A stretch of DNA of 46,738 nucleotides from Candidatus Dadabacteria bacterium (GTDB taxonomy: Bacteria > Desulfobacterota_D > UBA1144 > Nemesobacterales > UBA2774), in assembly GCA_004356555.1 (NCBI GenBank), contig SMWY01000056.1:1-46738 (forward strand), read 5' to 3'. The translations under genes and the position numbers were made by a program. Position 1 is the stretch's first letter, and each line of letters starts with the position of its first letter. The notes beneath the pieces are model-generated. The model did not search any database. It worked only from the letters and a program-made list of their open reading frames with translations, and was not told the DNA's origin. Of this stretch, positions 46,082 to 46,738 are shown in pieces.

Positions 46082-46738
46082 TTATAGTTCTTTCTCTAAG
46101 TCCCAGCCTCTAACATCCACAAAATGTCCTTCAATTGCAGCAGCGGCTGCCATGGCTGGGCTTACAAGGTGCGTTCTTCCACCTTTGCCCTGGCGTCCTT
46201 CAAAGTTTCTATTTGAGGTACTGGCACATCTTTCCCCAGGCTCAAGTATATCGGGGTTCATCCCTAAACACATACTGCATCCTGACTCCCTCCACTCAAA
46301 CCCGGCGTCCATAAATATTTTATCCAGACCGAGCTTCTCGGCCTGCCATTTTATCATCTGTGATCCAGGTACTACCATTGCACTTACTGTCGGGGCCACT
46401 TTTTTGCCCTTTACCACTTTGGCGGCTAGTGTTAAATCTCCAATCCTTGAGTTGGTGCATGACCCGATAAATACCCGGTCCAGTTTTATATCTTCGATAG
46501 GTGTTCCGGCAACAAGTCCCATATACTCCAGTGCGCTAATTGTAGCCTTTTTAGTATTTTCGTCTTCAATATCCTCTGGGTTAGGAATCTTTCCTGTTAC
46601 ATCGAGAACCATCCCGGGATTAGTACCCCAGCTTACTTGCGGTACTATCTTTGCGGCGTCAAAGGTAATTGATTTATCAAATTTAGCCCCTTCGTCGGTC
46701 TTGAGATCTTTCCAGTGCTCAAGCGCATTTTCTAAGTC
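46082..46738 (-). CDS. leuC: 3-isopropylmalate dehydratase large subunit, C-terminal part (5' end beyond the window)
   Basis: The frame is open from 46612 to the window edge (…[16 protein letters not shown]…). [22 protein letters not shown] and [13 protein letters not shown] are aconitase-family cluster-binding motifs. Confidence 0.95.
   Translation of the reverse strand, partial: DLENALEHWKDLKTDEGAKFDKSITFDAAKIVPQVSWGTNPGMVLDVTGKIPNPEDIEDENTKKATISALEYMGLVAGTPIEDIKLDRVFIGSCTNSRIGDLTLAAKVVKGKKVAPTVSAMVVPGSQMIKWQAEKLGLDKIFMDAGFEWRESGCSMCLGMNPDILEPGERCASTSNRNFEGRQGKGGRTHLVSPAMAAAAAIEGHFVDVRGWDLEKEL

Overview
AT-rich, densely packed chromosomal segment from a diderm (Gram-negative-type) bacterium. 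Lnt, Lgt, TolB, OprB-type and other porins, an AsmA-like protein and sigma-54 are all present. I call about 47 protein-coding genes. By eye I found no rRNA, tRNA, CRISPR array, transposase or integrase. Left to right: a 5'-truncated porin plus a periplasmic FMN_bind protein plus a 4-TM protein; an orphan 428-aa protein; hisD-hisC; a minus-strand small-ORF-lgt-lnt unit; an HNH endonuclease; tolB; thpR; a membrane protein; DUF2461. Next comes an HxlR regulator divergent from a long plus-strand run of redox/electrophile-type genes: DUF5996, double-CDGSH Fe-S protein, cupin, MhqO-like dioxygenase, MhqD-like esterase, YfcG-like GST, Lpd-like disulfide reductase, SDR, YdjM-like hydrolase and a flavodoxin-like reductase. 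After that: a carboxylesterase gene remnant, an OprB porin, dienelactone hydrolase, a DHA2 MFS pump, a 1094-aa AsmA/YhdP-like protein, aat, a small nucleotidyltransferase, DUF962, a class-I GATase, a Lon-like protease with a coiled-coil insertion, a Zn-ADH, a WG-repeat lipoprotein, an EamA transporter and a NagD-like HAD. The window ends with a minus-strand leuC-leuD / rpoN-hpf-ptsN-hprK-rapZ-EIIA(Man) block. Most of this is ordinary core genome, and I see no clear mobile or defence island. The best candidates for new biology are: (1) the HxlR-headed DUF5996/CDGSH/cupin module and its surrounding detox cluster; (2) the porin/FMN_bind/His-rich 4-TM trio; (3) an untracked 50-aa membrane ORF abutting lgt; (4) a sigma54-like -24/-12 element overlapping a sigma70-like promoter upstream of rpoN, with lptB absent; (5) an unknown protein sitting where HPr is expected in the PTS-Ntr cluster. 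All functional calls come from motif recognition by eye, not database searches.
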